From contig JAWCKZ010000003.1 of the NCBI GenBank assembly GCA_038851325.1, positions 930-64,929 of the forward strand: 64,000 nucleotides of DNA, in the 5' to 3' direction. This document shows positions 39,801-48,460 of this stretch, piece after piece. The notes beneath the pieces were generated by a model that had not been told where the DNA came from, did not search any database, and was given only the letters and a program-made list of their open reading frames with translations. Origin of the DNA: Candidatus Bilamarchaeaceae archaeon (GTDB lineage Archaea > Micrarchaeota > Micrarchaeia > Anstonellales > Bilamarchaeaceae). How positions within the stretch are numbered: the stretch's first letter is position 1; every line of letters starts with the position of its first letter. Position numbers and translations under genes: made by a program.

Positions 39801-40997
39801 GTATATGGCATTCGCGCGCGCGAACGTCGTATTTCCTTCTGATGTCAATCCGACCACGAGTGGATTAAAGCCACGGCGGTCCTCCCACAAAAGCTTCATT
39901 ATTTCGGGATATTTTGTGAGAGTTGGCGGGAAGCAAAAAACCTCAAGTTGCAGTTCGTCCTTTTTCCTTTTTGCGATCGCAAGTTGGCCGTATGTCGACT
40001 CCTCAGCGCCGCTATCTATTATAGTGATTGCAGAGCGTATATCTTCACACTTTGCCCCTGGACTTTCCAAGTAATCTCTGTCACATACACCAGAGAAGTT
40101 TAGTGTTCTGTACATGTTCTTTAACGCTGCCACATTTGTATCCGCAGAAGAAAAACTTTCAGCAAGTGCACTGAGCGCATTCCCAGCAGCATTCTTCCAG
40201 TTTGTTGGATAGTTTTCACATGCGCTATCATTTGGATGTGCTGGTCTTCTAACATGACAGGGCGAACCGGGTACACTTTTACCGTTTGGGGGGTAAAACG
40301 TAAGTATATCTTCATAGCCCATAAGGAGACAAATCCCTTCCGTGAAAGGCGCGGCAGTGGTGGCAAGTTCCTGATGCGGGCCGCGGGTATCAGAGTTTCT
40401 GCATCCCTGATATTGCGCTTGGGCGGTTTTATAACTTATATATGCGCTCCTTAGCTTCACGCGCACAGATGCTCTATCACCGCTAAAATCAAGAGTGATA
40501 TTGGAAAGTCTTCCGGGTGTTGAGGCATTACTCATGTTAATCTCTATGTTTCTAATTATGTTCTCAAGCTCCATTCCATCTAGAGCAGAGCTATAACGTT
40601 CTATATCCCACGCGCCGCTGCGATACCCCACCCCACTTGCGGTTATGGTTCTTAGTGTATATCTACATTCTGGGCATGAGTAGGAATCTCCATCGTCATC
40701 AGTGCAGCTTTTGTGGTATACGTAGGGCTCATTGTAACAAATAACCCTGTTCGGTGGCGCGATGTCTATATTGTAATTGGCAGGAGGTACAATAAAACTG
40801 CCTCTTGGCACAGGATAAGTTGTTGTTGGGCTGAAGGATTGATTTGAAGTACTGTTTACACAAACGCGCGTAGTGTAATATCCAGCAAGCCATTGCGCGT
40901 CCTCCCAGGGTGTGGCGATATTGTATGTAGATACATTAATAGCGCTAAAAAATTGTGTAAATAACATTAATATGGCGAGAATTGTATTGTTTTTCAT
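36801..40997 (-). CDS. Large surface protein: signal peptide, Cys-rich head, coiled coils, beta-sandwich region, C-terminal TM anchor
   Basis: 1398-aa ORF; C-terminal LLAIIALAAVGAAVGVYY followed by a basic tail. Confidence 0.75.
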   Translation of the reverse strand: MKNNTILAILMLFTQFFSAINVSTYNIATPWEDAQWLAGYYTTRVCVNSTSNQSFSPTTTYPVPRGSFIVPPANYNIDIAPPNRVICYNEPYVYHKSCTDDDGDSYSCPECRYTLRTITASGVGYRSGAWDIERYSSALDGMELENIIRNIEINMSNASTPGRLSNITLDFSGDRASVRVKLRSAYISYKTAQAQYQGCRNSDTRGPHQELATTAAPFTEGICLLMGYEDILTFYPPNGKSVPGSPCHVRRPAHPNDSACENYPTNWKNAAGNALSALAESFSSADTNVAALKNMYRTLNFSGVCDRDYLESPGAKCEDIRSAITIIDSGAEESTYGQLAIAKRKKDELQLEVFCFPPTLTKYPEIMKLLWEDRRGFNPLVVGLTSEGNTTFARANAIYSNYKSQAENYSARVGAKKTELDNHQLNRITEALGSRGLNETAIGTIAQRYSDFSAKKSEADSLLANAATTYNARNQGYIKNATNRVKEAIGIYSGMESEGNAIISDAGRIVQERRQEAEALVQQAAALYQRTQNQKVGNYYQRALQELNSGNSATALGEKYSRYIAAAEYARTALSYGNVLENETLPLAEQLEDLINRAEIDEINVESEKAILNNMKTNEEYDKTTLRRAIESIIRKANLKYGDLIDIRKELLTNITESGNCGADLAGDLNNADRGLITNSGIDYINAIGRLKAIRAEYERIAEEVSVCAHRILLSNLLITKSSRVSEDIKIDAPSHVDIILIITNTGQKSGTDIDVPIDIGIDVQLLLSDIKNGRDNVNAVRTENGTTIFTIKEIKPLRTFSLTIEKNAVLAKTVSDQKNGVGREDGSVIVTEERIIELYAPGRLALPPGSSATVDGRAPLALEKGRHTVRMEYTIKDGYKKREEVETTKLGTNVQVEKKIKITPKVNIDSLPLTVQIDYPEITGLSVSARSATIKNNQCASPPCMLELANLKADEEAIVLIDFVVVNAPEAIQTIAPSLPSTDNCLGSGKKCGALPDELRALPSQINAAIAANDTATAIRLKERFDAEISEWNREQETAYNELVELKAKMQAEAGELDAILATVKRNNTLVFALQQRRAALQNSLRAAESADSIIDELGVLKTAESKGTNEIVGEYVTNAWKEYNALKTRLANIGTTTTPQEFIDVENKLSALEFNNDPKTAIELSEALGAAEAFVDQKEREMAAELETATSEFLSVKEGIEKLAESYKEQMNEAKGTEWESLFELDLAKTERLIEDVQRYFDDKNLKMAKMKLEQLKGKGNKIREALGELKEEAENQFLIVRGAYEEKKNSMPGDARTTLENELSAMLKYITDGKYIQAMKKGKALISQLASFKPESINPLLAIIALAAVGAAVGVYYMKRKGSGFDEGTGEITLPFLTKKKKEFRPLPKAEQKGF

Positions 40998-41086
40998 ATC
41001 AACCCCGCATATTTTTAGATGGAAACAATTTAAAAACCTTAATATAGTTATATGGTATGCAATTTTCTGTTAAATAATCGTACAAA

Positions 41087-44000
41087 TTATATAAAATCGC
41101 TCAGCCCGAGCTGTCTTTCTTTTTCGTCCTCAAATATGTTATTTATCTCGTTTTCAACAAGAATCAGCCTCTGCTTCAGATAATCCGGCAGTTGATATCT
41201 GTTTAGTATCTCCTTTGTTATCTGAAGATATTTCTGGATTCCGCCTTTATTTATTGTGAGTAGTAGATTTCCACCACATTTTATGCACTTCCCAAAAAGA
41301 GGAACTCGGCGGTACTTAAAGTTACAGTTCACGCATCTGAAAGCCTGTCTGGAGAAGGAGCGCAGATTTCCATACAAATCAGGTATGAAATGACTGAGAA
41401 TGAGGCGCTCTGCAGCGTCTCTTTTGTCAACTGCCCTTATCTTATCGTGCAGAAGAAACTCAAGCCTAACTTTTTCAGGAACGCTTTCGAGTCTTACATA
41501 TGTTGTCCTTATGTTTCCGCCGCTAAAAAGCGTACCTGGAATGGTTATTGGTACGTAAAACTGCGCGGCTGTACCGAGCATATCCTTTACTGTTTTTATC
41601 TTCACATCAGATGGCCAGGCGCACCTTTCGCAGGCTCTGTAAAATTCAAGGTTGTATGTTGTCACCACCTCCATACAGTGTGCTTCGTCATCGATTTCTT
41701 TTGGGTCAATTGTACTCGTAAGAACAAGAGGAGCATCCATGGTCCCGCCTCTTTTCTCGTCAAGATATCTTCTAGAGAAGTTTATGAGCGCATCTAGGAG
41801 AAGCATAACACTGTCCTCATCCCCATCACAATTTCGTCTGCGTGCTGCTATGAGGAAGGGATGCCCATAGCCAACATTCGCTTCAGTGTATCCTATTATT
41901 CTGCACAACACGCCTGCGCTTGTGTGCGGGGAAAGGCTGACGCAAAGATGCCCTATCAAGTCAGTTGGCTTTTCTGCCTTGTAATACGGCTGGATGCCAT
42001 AGAGTGTGGTTAACATCTCGTCTATGAACCTTGAGACCTTGAATAGATACTCCAACCCATTTTTGGACAGCACAATGTCCTGGGGATAAAGAGCCAAGAG
42101 TTGCTCAGCATTTTTTAGTTCGTTGCCAAGGTAATCTGTTGTGTAACCGAGTTGCTTGGCTTTTTCAACCGTAAGCCCTATCTCCTTCGGAACGAAATGC
42201 GTTAACACGACATCTGTCGCATCAAATCTACTCGTCCCGTCTCGAAAAACATAAACCCCGTTTTTTGCTCTTAAGAACCCTTTCTCAAGTCTTTCCGGGA
42301 TCCTTGTGGCATTTGAGAGCCCTTTGACACCCTTTAGCTCTTCTGGAACAAACCCGAGCACTCTTTTCGTTGCTTCAAAAAGAGAAACTATATCAACAGG
42401 TCTTCTATCATAGCTAAGCGTTTTCTCACCACAGTGCATCTCAAGTTCAGTCGGCCTTCCACACTTTCTGCATACAAATTCTGGTCGAGTCTCATTGCCA
42501 CAAAGGTCACACTTTCTATAGAATGTTATTCTTCCGCATTGCGCGCACTTAAACCGTGCAAGTTCAAGATTCAATGTTCCCCTAGCGCCTTTTACATTCT
42601 TAATCTCTTTCAAGAGACTTCTGTTTTTTACAGAACCTGTCGGGAAAAGAACGCAAGGGCTTCCATCCATAATTCTTTCTTTAGCCTTTTCTGGCCTTCC
42701 CATCCTAGCGCCGATGTAAGTCGGTGCCCATGGTTTTATTACGATTCCGGAAAGCTTGTTTACAGCGTCCAGCGCATTACTGGCATTCGGCATTTCCTTA
42801 GTCGGGCATGTCGAGTTGTATAGTATTGTAGCATAATTTGTGTCTATAATTATCTTTCCATTATGCACCTTATGTTCTACTAGTAACTTTTCAAGAATGC
42901 ACTTCTCCTCGGTGAGCGGAAGCACGAGCGATTTTCCTTCCTCATTGTAATTGCTGAGTAGTTTTCTAAGCCGTCCAAGTTCCTCAAGACTTATATCGTG
43001 CCATGGCAAGGTGTAGTCTGGATGGAGCGGTACATTATTGATACGTGAAAATGCAAAGGCTTCTGCGGCATCCTTTGGCTTCTTTGGTTTTACTCCTTTT
43101 TCTTGTGCTTCTAGTTCCCATATTTCGCTTACATAAGCAGGCGGCATGAGCGGATGATTCGATTTTAAAAAATCACCATAGGTTACCAGTATGTCTCCAA
43201 GAAAAAGGATCTCACTTACCTGCCCTCTCACCTTTTCTGCTTCCTCTATGCTGCGTACCTTTTGGACACTGCCATCAATCAACTTTACAACTGGTGGTTC
43301 AAGACAAGCATGTGGAATAACGACACATCCCTTGCCAGGACGTTCTATTTTCATATGTGTGCCATATGCGAGAAAATTATCCAAGAGTACCATGGTCGCA
43401 GGATGAATGTTCTTTCCCATGAGGCCGTTGGTCTCGCTTCTTCCGTACCTAAGCCTGAAACCGCCCTTTGCAGACGGATAGCTAAAAACAGGTCTTCCTG
43501 CAACCAAACCATCTAAGTAACCATCATCTGGTTTTATCTCTATCTTTTCTTCCTTCACCTTAATCCTTATCACGCTTTCAAGCCAATCCCAATTGACTTT
43601 TAACTTTTTTGCGTATTTTAGGACCTTGGCTGCCTTCTGCGCTATTCCTTCGCATATTACGAGCGGTATTCCGCCTCTTATTTTGTCAGTTTCGATTCCA
43701 GGTACATTTTTGTAGGAAGACACCTCTATCTCTTCAGTTGGCTCACCGTCAACGCATACTGGGCAATTTTTTATTATTATCCTTATGTGTTCCTCCGGCG
43801 GAAAATATTGAAGATGCGCAACCCGTGCTTCGTATATTGATATTTCTTCCACATAGCGTTCTATCTGAGTGTCTGTAGCTCTGTAATCACCAATACCTGC
43901 TATTCGTCGTGCAACATCTGCTAACAAAACACTTAGCGCTGCCGCCGTCCCACCCGCGCTTCTTATAGGTCCTGCGTAATAAACCGCAACATAGTCGCTT

Positions 44001-44389
44001 CCATCAGGATTTTGCTTTATTCGTACCTTTGCTATCCCCTCTGTGGGCGCAACAAGCACACCCTCTGTGAGTATCCCCACACCAGTTCTCACTGCTTGCT
44101 CTATTAGATATTCCTTACTGGCTTTTATTATCTCACCATTGGCTATTTTTTTTGCTATCTCAAACGCAATGTCCTCCCGCGCCATCCCGCTCTTTTCCAT
44201 GTTCCTTATTAATTTTGCTATGTTTGGTGGCCCGACAATTCCCTCAACGCGCGCAGCAACATCCTTTGCTATTTTTACTTCAACATCATCGATTGGGTCG
44301 TAACCTTTTCGGCGCGCCTCTGCCGCAATAGTATAAGCTCGACCAAGCTCGTCCTTGAGAGTTGAAAAATAGGATTCGATATCAGCCAT
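41087..44389 (-). CDS. polC: DNA polymerase D large subunit DP2 (no intein)
   Basis: LTEGVLVAPTEG, GPIRSAGGT, GARMGRPEKAKER, RRNCDGDED, zinc fingers, PIP QLGLSDF. Confidence 0.97.
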   Translation of the reverse strand: MADIESYFSTLKDELGRAYTIAAEARRKGYDPIDDVEVKIAKDVAARVEGIVGPPNIAKLIRNMEKSGMAREDIAFEIAKKIANGEIIKASKEYLIEQAVRTGVGILTEGVLVAPTEGIAKVRIKQNPDGSDYVAVYYAGPIRSAGGTAAALSVLLADVARRIAGIGDYRATDTQIERYVEEISIYEARVAHLQYFPPEEHIRIIIKNCPVCVDGEPTEEIEVSSYKNVPGIETDKIRGGIPLVICEGIAQKAAKVLKYAKKLKVNWDWLESVIRIKVKEEKIEIKPDDGYLDGLVAGRPVFSYPSAKGGFRLRYGRSETNGLMGKNIHPATMVLLDNFLAYGTHMKIERPGKGCVVIPHACLEPPVVKLIDGSVQKVRSIEEAEKVRGQVSEILFLGDILVTYGDFLKSNHPLMPPAYVSEIWELEAQEKGVKPKKPKDAAEAFAFSRINNVPLHPDYTLPWHDISLEELGRLRKLLSNYNEEGKSLVLPLTEEKCILEKLLVEHKVHNGKIIIDTNYATILYNSTCPTKEMPNASNALDAVNKLSGIVIKPWAPTYIGARMGRPEKAKERIMDGSPCVLFPTGSVKNRSLLKEIKNVKGARGTLNLELARFKCAQCGRITFYRKCDLCGNETRPEFVCRKCGRPTELEMHCGEKTLSYDRRPVDIVSLFEATKRVLGFVPEELKGVKGLSNATRIPERLEKGFLRAKNGVYVFRDGTSRFDATDVVLTHFVPKEIGLTVEKAKQLGYTTDYLGNELKNAEQLLALYPQDIVLSKNGLEYLFKVSRFIDEMLTTLYGIQPYYKAEKPTDLIGHLCVSLSPHTSAGVLCRIIGYTEANVGYGHPFLIAARRRNCDGDEDSVMLLLDALINFSRRYLDEKRGGTMDAPLVLTSTIDPKEIDDEAHCMEVVTTYNLEFYRACERCAWPSDVKIKTVKDMLGTAAQFYVPITIPGTLFSGGNIRTTYVRLESVPEKVRLEFLLHDKIRAVDKRDAAERLILSHFIPDLYGNLRSFSRQAFRCVNCNFKYRRVPLFGKCIKCGGNLLLTINKGGIQKYLQITKEILNRYQLPDYLKQRLILVENEINNIFEDEKERQLGLSDFI

Positions 44390-44543
44390 CGCTATTATAT
44401 CGCAGGAAAAGAATAAAAACCAAACAATCCCGGTTGGTCGAGAAAATAGGGACAGAGAAAAAAGAGAGCTCGCAATCAATCGGCTTAATACGACGCTTTA
44501 TGAGAGAGCCATCTGATTCTAATCCAGTTTCTGGCGCTGTGCA

Positions 44544-45803
44544 TCATGTTCCTTCCTGCCAGCTGTGAAGGTATTTTTCCTGCTCCTTCGTGAGGACGTC
44601 CTTCTTTACTCCCATCACTTCAAGCTGGAGCTCTGCTATCTGGTTGTCCAGCTCCTCAGGCAGTTTTATCACAACCGGCTTCAGTTTTCCCTTGTTTTTT
44701 ACTAGGTACTCGCATGCAAGCGTCTGGCCTGCGAATGAGGTTGCCATTACCTCAGATGGATGACCCTCTGCTGCAGCAAGATTCACAAGCCTGCCCTCAG
44801 CGGCGAGATAGATCTTCTTCCCATCAACATCGTATTCGTCCAGGAACTGCCTTATCCTCCTCTTTTTCCATTTTTTATTCATGCCTGCTACATCCACTTC
44901 GACATCAAAATGACCTGCATTCGCGAGAAGCGCCCCGCTCTTCATGTTTTTGATATGCTCCGTTGTTATCACATGTTTGTCTCCGGTAACCGTGAGAAAT
45001 ACATCGCCTATCTTTGCAGCTTCTGCGATAGGCATAACCCTATAACCATCAAGCACAGCCTGCATCGCCCTGAAAGCATCAACTTCTGTTACTACCACGT
45101 TTGCGCCCATCCCTCTCGCGCGCATCGCAACCCCTTTGCCACAATCCCCGTATCCGCAGACAACGAACGTCTTGCCTGCCAGAAGAATATTGCTCGCTCG
45201 AAGAAGGCCATCTATGGCAGACTGTCCAGTACCGTAGTAGTTATCAAGGTAATGCTTCGTCTTATTGTCGTTGACCGCAATTACGGGGTATTTCAGGACA
45301 CCATCCCTTTCCATTGCGCGCAGCCGTATGACGCCAGTGGTCGTTTCCTCGCAACCGCCGATTATTTTCGGTAGCAGGTCCGCGTGTTTCGTGTGAATTG
45401 TCGTGACAAGGTCGCAGCCATCGTCTATAGTTATATCCGGTTTGTGCGAAATAACAGCTTCAATGTACCTGTAATAATCCTCGTTGCTCTCACCTTTGTA
45501 CCCGTAAACATGAAAACCTTCTTTCGCAAGCGCTGCCGCAACGTCATCCTGTGTGCTAAGCGGATTGCAGCTTGCAATGGCGACCTTTGCCCCGCCTGCA
45601 GCAAGCGTTCGGACAAGGACAGCTGTTTCCTTTGTAATATGAAGAGCCATTCCTATGGTAAGCCCCCTGAACGGTTTCTCTCTTGCCACCCGCGCCCGTA
45701 TCTTTGCCATGAGGGGCATGTGCGCCTCTGCGAATTCGATATTAAGCCCTCCCTGCTCTGCGAGCGAAAGGTCTTTTATTTCATAATTTGCAGCTTTGTC
45801 CAT
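44544..45803 (-). CDS. ahcY: Adenosylhomocysteinase
   Basis: SCNPLSTQD, DDGCDL, EETTTG, GYGDCGKG, GRLVNL, GHPSEVM. Confidence 0.96.
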   Translation of the reverse strand: MDKAANYEIKDLSLAEQGGLNIEFAEAHMPLMAKIRARVAREKPFRGLTIGMALHITKETAVLVRTLAAGGAKVAIASCNPLSTQDDVAAALAKEGFHVYGYKGESNEDYYRYIEAVISHKPDITIDDGCDLVTTIHTKHADLLPKIIGGCEETTTGVIRLRAMERDGVLKYPVIAVNDNKTKHYLDNYYGTGQSAIDGLLRASNILLAGKTFVVCGYGDCGKGVAMRARGMGANVVVTEVDAFRAMQAVLDGYRVMPIAEAAKIGDVFLTVTGDKHVITTEHIKNMKSGALLANAGHFDVEVDVAGMNKKWKKRRIRQFLDEYDVDGKKIYLAAEGRLVNLAAAEGHPSEVMATSFAGQTLACEYLVKNKGKLKPVVIKLPEELDNQIAELQLEVMGVKKDVLTKEQEKYLHSWQEGT

Positions 45804-45959
45804 ACTATCTACTCCCTTATTTTCATGAAAGTAAATAATTATTAATTTGCTGATAATGGCTGTAGCCTTGGCGCGATATGAAGTACACAGCCATTTCCTT
45901 TCGCTACATTTTTTCCACTTAAATAACTTTTTTAAACATTTAACTACAATATTTACAAT

Positions 45960-48383
45960 ATGCTTGAGAGCAGGAAAGCCGATGGCACAGAGTCGGTGGC
46001 TAAGCTTACTATTAGAGCGCGCGCAAAAAATGTTTTTAGGAAGCTGCTTCCTGTCATTGCACCAGCAGCATTTGTTGGAGGGATGGCGGTTGGGGCTGGT
46101 ATTCGAGACTATATTGCAAAGCGACACGAAGAATTGATGGCAAAAGAATGCGCCAATACTGTTGCTCAGGAGACATGGAGAGCAGCCTCAGAAAAAGCAG
46201 AGGATCTCGCAAAGAACTTAAATAAAATAAATTGGATACTGATTGAGAGAACTGGTTCTGACGAAAAAGAGCTTGCGGAGAACTTCAAGCAGTTGAGCAA
46301 ATTTCTTTCGCATATTCAGTTCTGGTCCCCAGATAAAAGGATACAATTAATGCGAGATATCTTAGAGGAGTCAGGTCAGAATCCCTTGCTTTCATTAGAA
46401 TTATTGTCGACCATCTTTTCTTCTCAATCGCCTTTATTCAGTGGAGAAGAGAAGATCGCTAGCAGGTTGCACGCGATCGCAGAGCTTAGTGTGCAGATAT
46501 CTGATAAAGATAAAGAAAAGGCTGCGCTGAGCTTATTCCATATTCTACATTATCACTGCTCTTCTATAGACGCATTGGATGTGTTGGAGGATGCACTTAA
46601 GCCCCAAGTTGGCACTTCAGCCCTTCGTCGTGCACCAGAGTTTTTTTATGTCATCAATAATCTGGGTCTTGTTTGTAATACTGAAATGGCCAAACAATTA
46701 ATCAGAACAGTAGCAGCTGTCTCATCGGCTGCACCACAGCAGAACGATGAAGCATTAAACACACTCGGAGCAATCATCTCCTGCAGCGGTTCCAAAGATA
46801 GCTGCTCTGACGCAGCAACCAAAATAAAAAATCTGCTTGAAACTGTGGAGGCCATTGCAAATTCTGTTAATTCAGATCGTTTTCTTCTTGACTATCTTAG
46901 GATTATAGCAAAACTAAAAGATAAAGTGAAGCAAGAAGAATTTGGTAAGGCCTTCGCAGATCAACTCTTGGCGAAAGTGACAAAGATGCAACTTGCCTCC
47001 TATTTTCATGAAGACCTCGCTTTCAAACTTCTTTTAGCTGCGTTGGATAACAAAAAATTTGATTTTGAAAAGTTTACAGAGGAACAGGCAGCAACTTTCG
47101 GAGTGGTAGCTAATAACATTTCCGTTATAGCAGGAAATAGAGCATCCGAAGCTGTAGAAATTGTGGTCGAATATCTGAAAGGAACATCCATAATGGAGAA
47201 CAACCAACTGAAGTTTATTGGTCCTGAACCTTTTGATGGTTTGAACGCGATAGAAATTACAGTTAATAAATCAATCAGCGATCTTGATAGGTTGATTGAA
47301 AATCTTACCCTTCTTAAAAAATCAGCGTTTTCCTCTTCAGGTGATAGGGAAGAGGACTATACTTCTATGATGGAAAGGTTTTTAGGATTAGAAAGCCTGC
47401 TTCGCCAGAGAAGCAATCGTATCACAAAAGCAGTCCGCAAACTTGAAGAGGAGCCAAACTTTGATATTAGAATGGCGAGGGCGATAGAACTCATCATCGA
47501 TGGCTCTTCAGAAGAGAAAATTTTGAAAGAACTGGCTGCGACTCGGCAGTTATTGAGGATGGGAATCGCACCGTTCCACAATATTCGCCCTGTCGATTAC
47601 GAAGAAGGTGCAACGCTTGTAAAGAATATTTTCGGGTCTGATAAATTGACCCCTGAGCGTCTTATAAATTTTTCTTACGCCGTCTCAGTTCTTGGGAAGG
47701 AGAAAACTGATAGGTTGTACAGATTGCTAGGGTTGGAATATTTTTGCAGGTATCCCCCTGAACTCCTTTTTGAGGCAAGCAAGAATGCTGAGTCCAGGGA
47801 AAACCTACAAAAGCCTCTTGCGCTTCTTGTGTTCCCAAAGACAGATTGGAATAGGGTTTTTTATCATGCAGGAAGCGAACTTATTCCGCTTACGCAGCAT
47901 TATAGCGTCATCCTAACCGAAACTGGTTCTGATGAGATCTTTTATGATAAAATAAATACGATAGCAAGTCTATTTGGTAAGCTCTCTCTTCTCGTTATAA
48001 ACGGGCATGGCTCGCCATTTGGTGTTTCTCTAGGAAGGACGCCATGGTGGGCGTCATTAACACCAAACAAGGCGAGGGACTCCACGCTCGATCATTTAGA
48101 TGATCAAGCTCTCCATAAAATTAGGGGTAGCTTTGTCCCAAACCCGATAGTTGTACTCAACTCATGCGAGACAGGAATGTTCAAGACTGGAATAGGCGGA
48201 ACCATTTCAAAGATGCTCGGTGCTCAAGTATTTGCACCAACCGCACCAGTCTCTGCTCCAAAGTTTATTTTTGATGTTAATGGCAGGGTATCACAGGTAT
48301 GCTACTCCAGTAATTTTTTCAAACCTCTCACGAGGGCGTATCTCAACGGAGAGACGGCGAAGATCTACAAGTGCGATAAATAG
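45960..48383 (+). CDS. Membrane-anchored helical-repeat protein with C-terminal caspase-like (clan CD) domain
   Basis: N-terminal TM helix; long alpha-helical region; LLVINGHG...VVLNSCETG. Confidence 0.55.
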   Translation: MLESRKADGTESVAKLTIRARAKNVFRKLLPVIAPAAFVGGMAVGAGIRDYIAKRHEELMAKECANTVAQETWRAASEKAEDLAKNLNKINWILIERTGSDEKELAENFKQLSKFLSHIQFWSPDKRIQLMRDILEESGQNPLLSLELLSTIFSSQSPLFSGEEKIASRLHAIAELSVQISDKDKEKAALSLFHILHYHCSSIDALDVLEDALKPQVGTSALRRAPEFFYVINNLGLVCNTEMAKQLIRTVAAVSSAAPQQNDEALNTLGAIISCSGSKDSCSDAATKIKNLLETVEAIANSVNSDRFLLDYLRIIAKLKDKVKQEEFGKAFADQLLAKVTKMQLASYFHEDLAFKLLLAALDNKKFDFEKFTEEQAATFGVVANNISVIAGNRASEAVEIVVEYLKGTSIMENNQLKFIGPEPFDGLNAIEITVNKSISDLDRLIENLTLLKKSAFSSSGDREEDYTSMMERFLGLESLLRQRSNRITKAVRKLEEEPNFDIRMARAIELIIDGSSEEKILKELAATRQLLRMGIAPFHNIRPVDYEEGATLVKNIFGSDKLTPERLINFSYAVSVLGKEKTDRLYRLLGLEYFCRYPPELLFEASKNAESRENLQKPLALLVFPKTDWNRVFYHAGSELIPLTQHYSVILTETGSDEIFYDKINTIASLFGKLSLLVINGHGSPFGVSLGRTPWWASLTPNKARDSTLDHLDDQALHKIRGSFVPNPIVVLNSCETGMFKTGIGGTISKMLGAQVFAPTAPVSAPKFIFDVNGRVSQVCYSSNFFKPLTRAYLNGETAKIYKCDK

Positions 48384-48460
48384 TATACGAATGTTTAGGA
48401 TAAATGACCGACATTGGCTAAAGTTTAATCTTTATTAAATTTAATGGCGACATTTCCTCA

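Noticed and set aside
44390-44543. Possible replication origin upstream of DP2
   Set aside because: No ORB-like repeats and no adjacent orc1/cdc6
45804-46127. Long N-terminal extension of AhcY
   Set aside because: Overlaps the divergent 807-aa gene and the promoter region; RBS and homology favour ATG 45803
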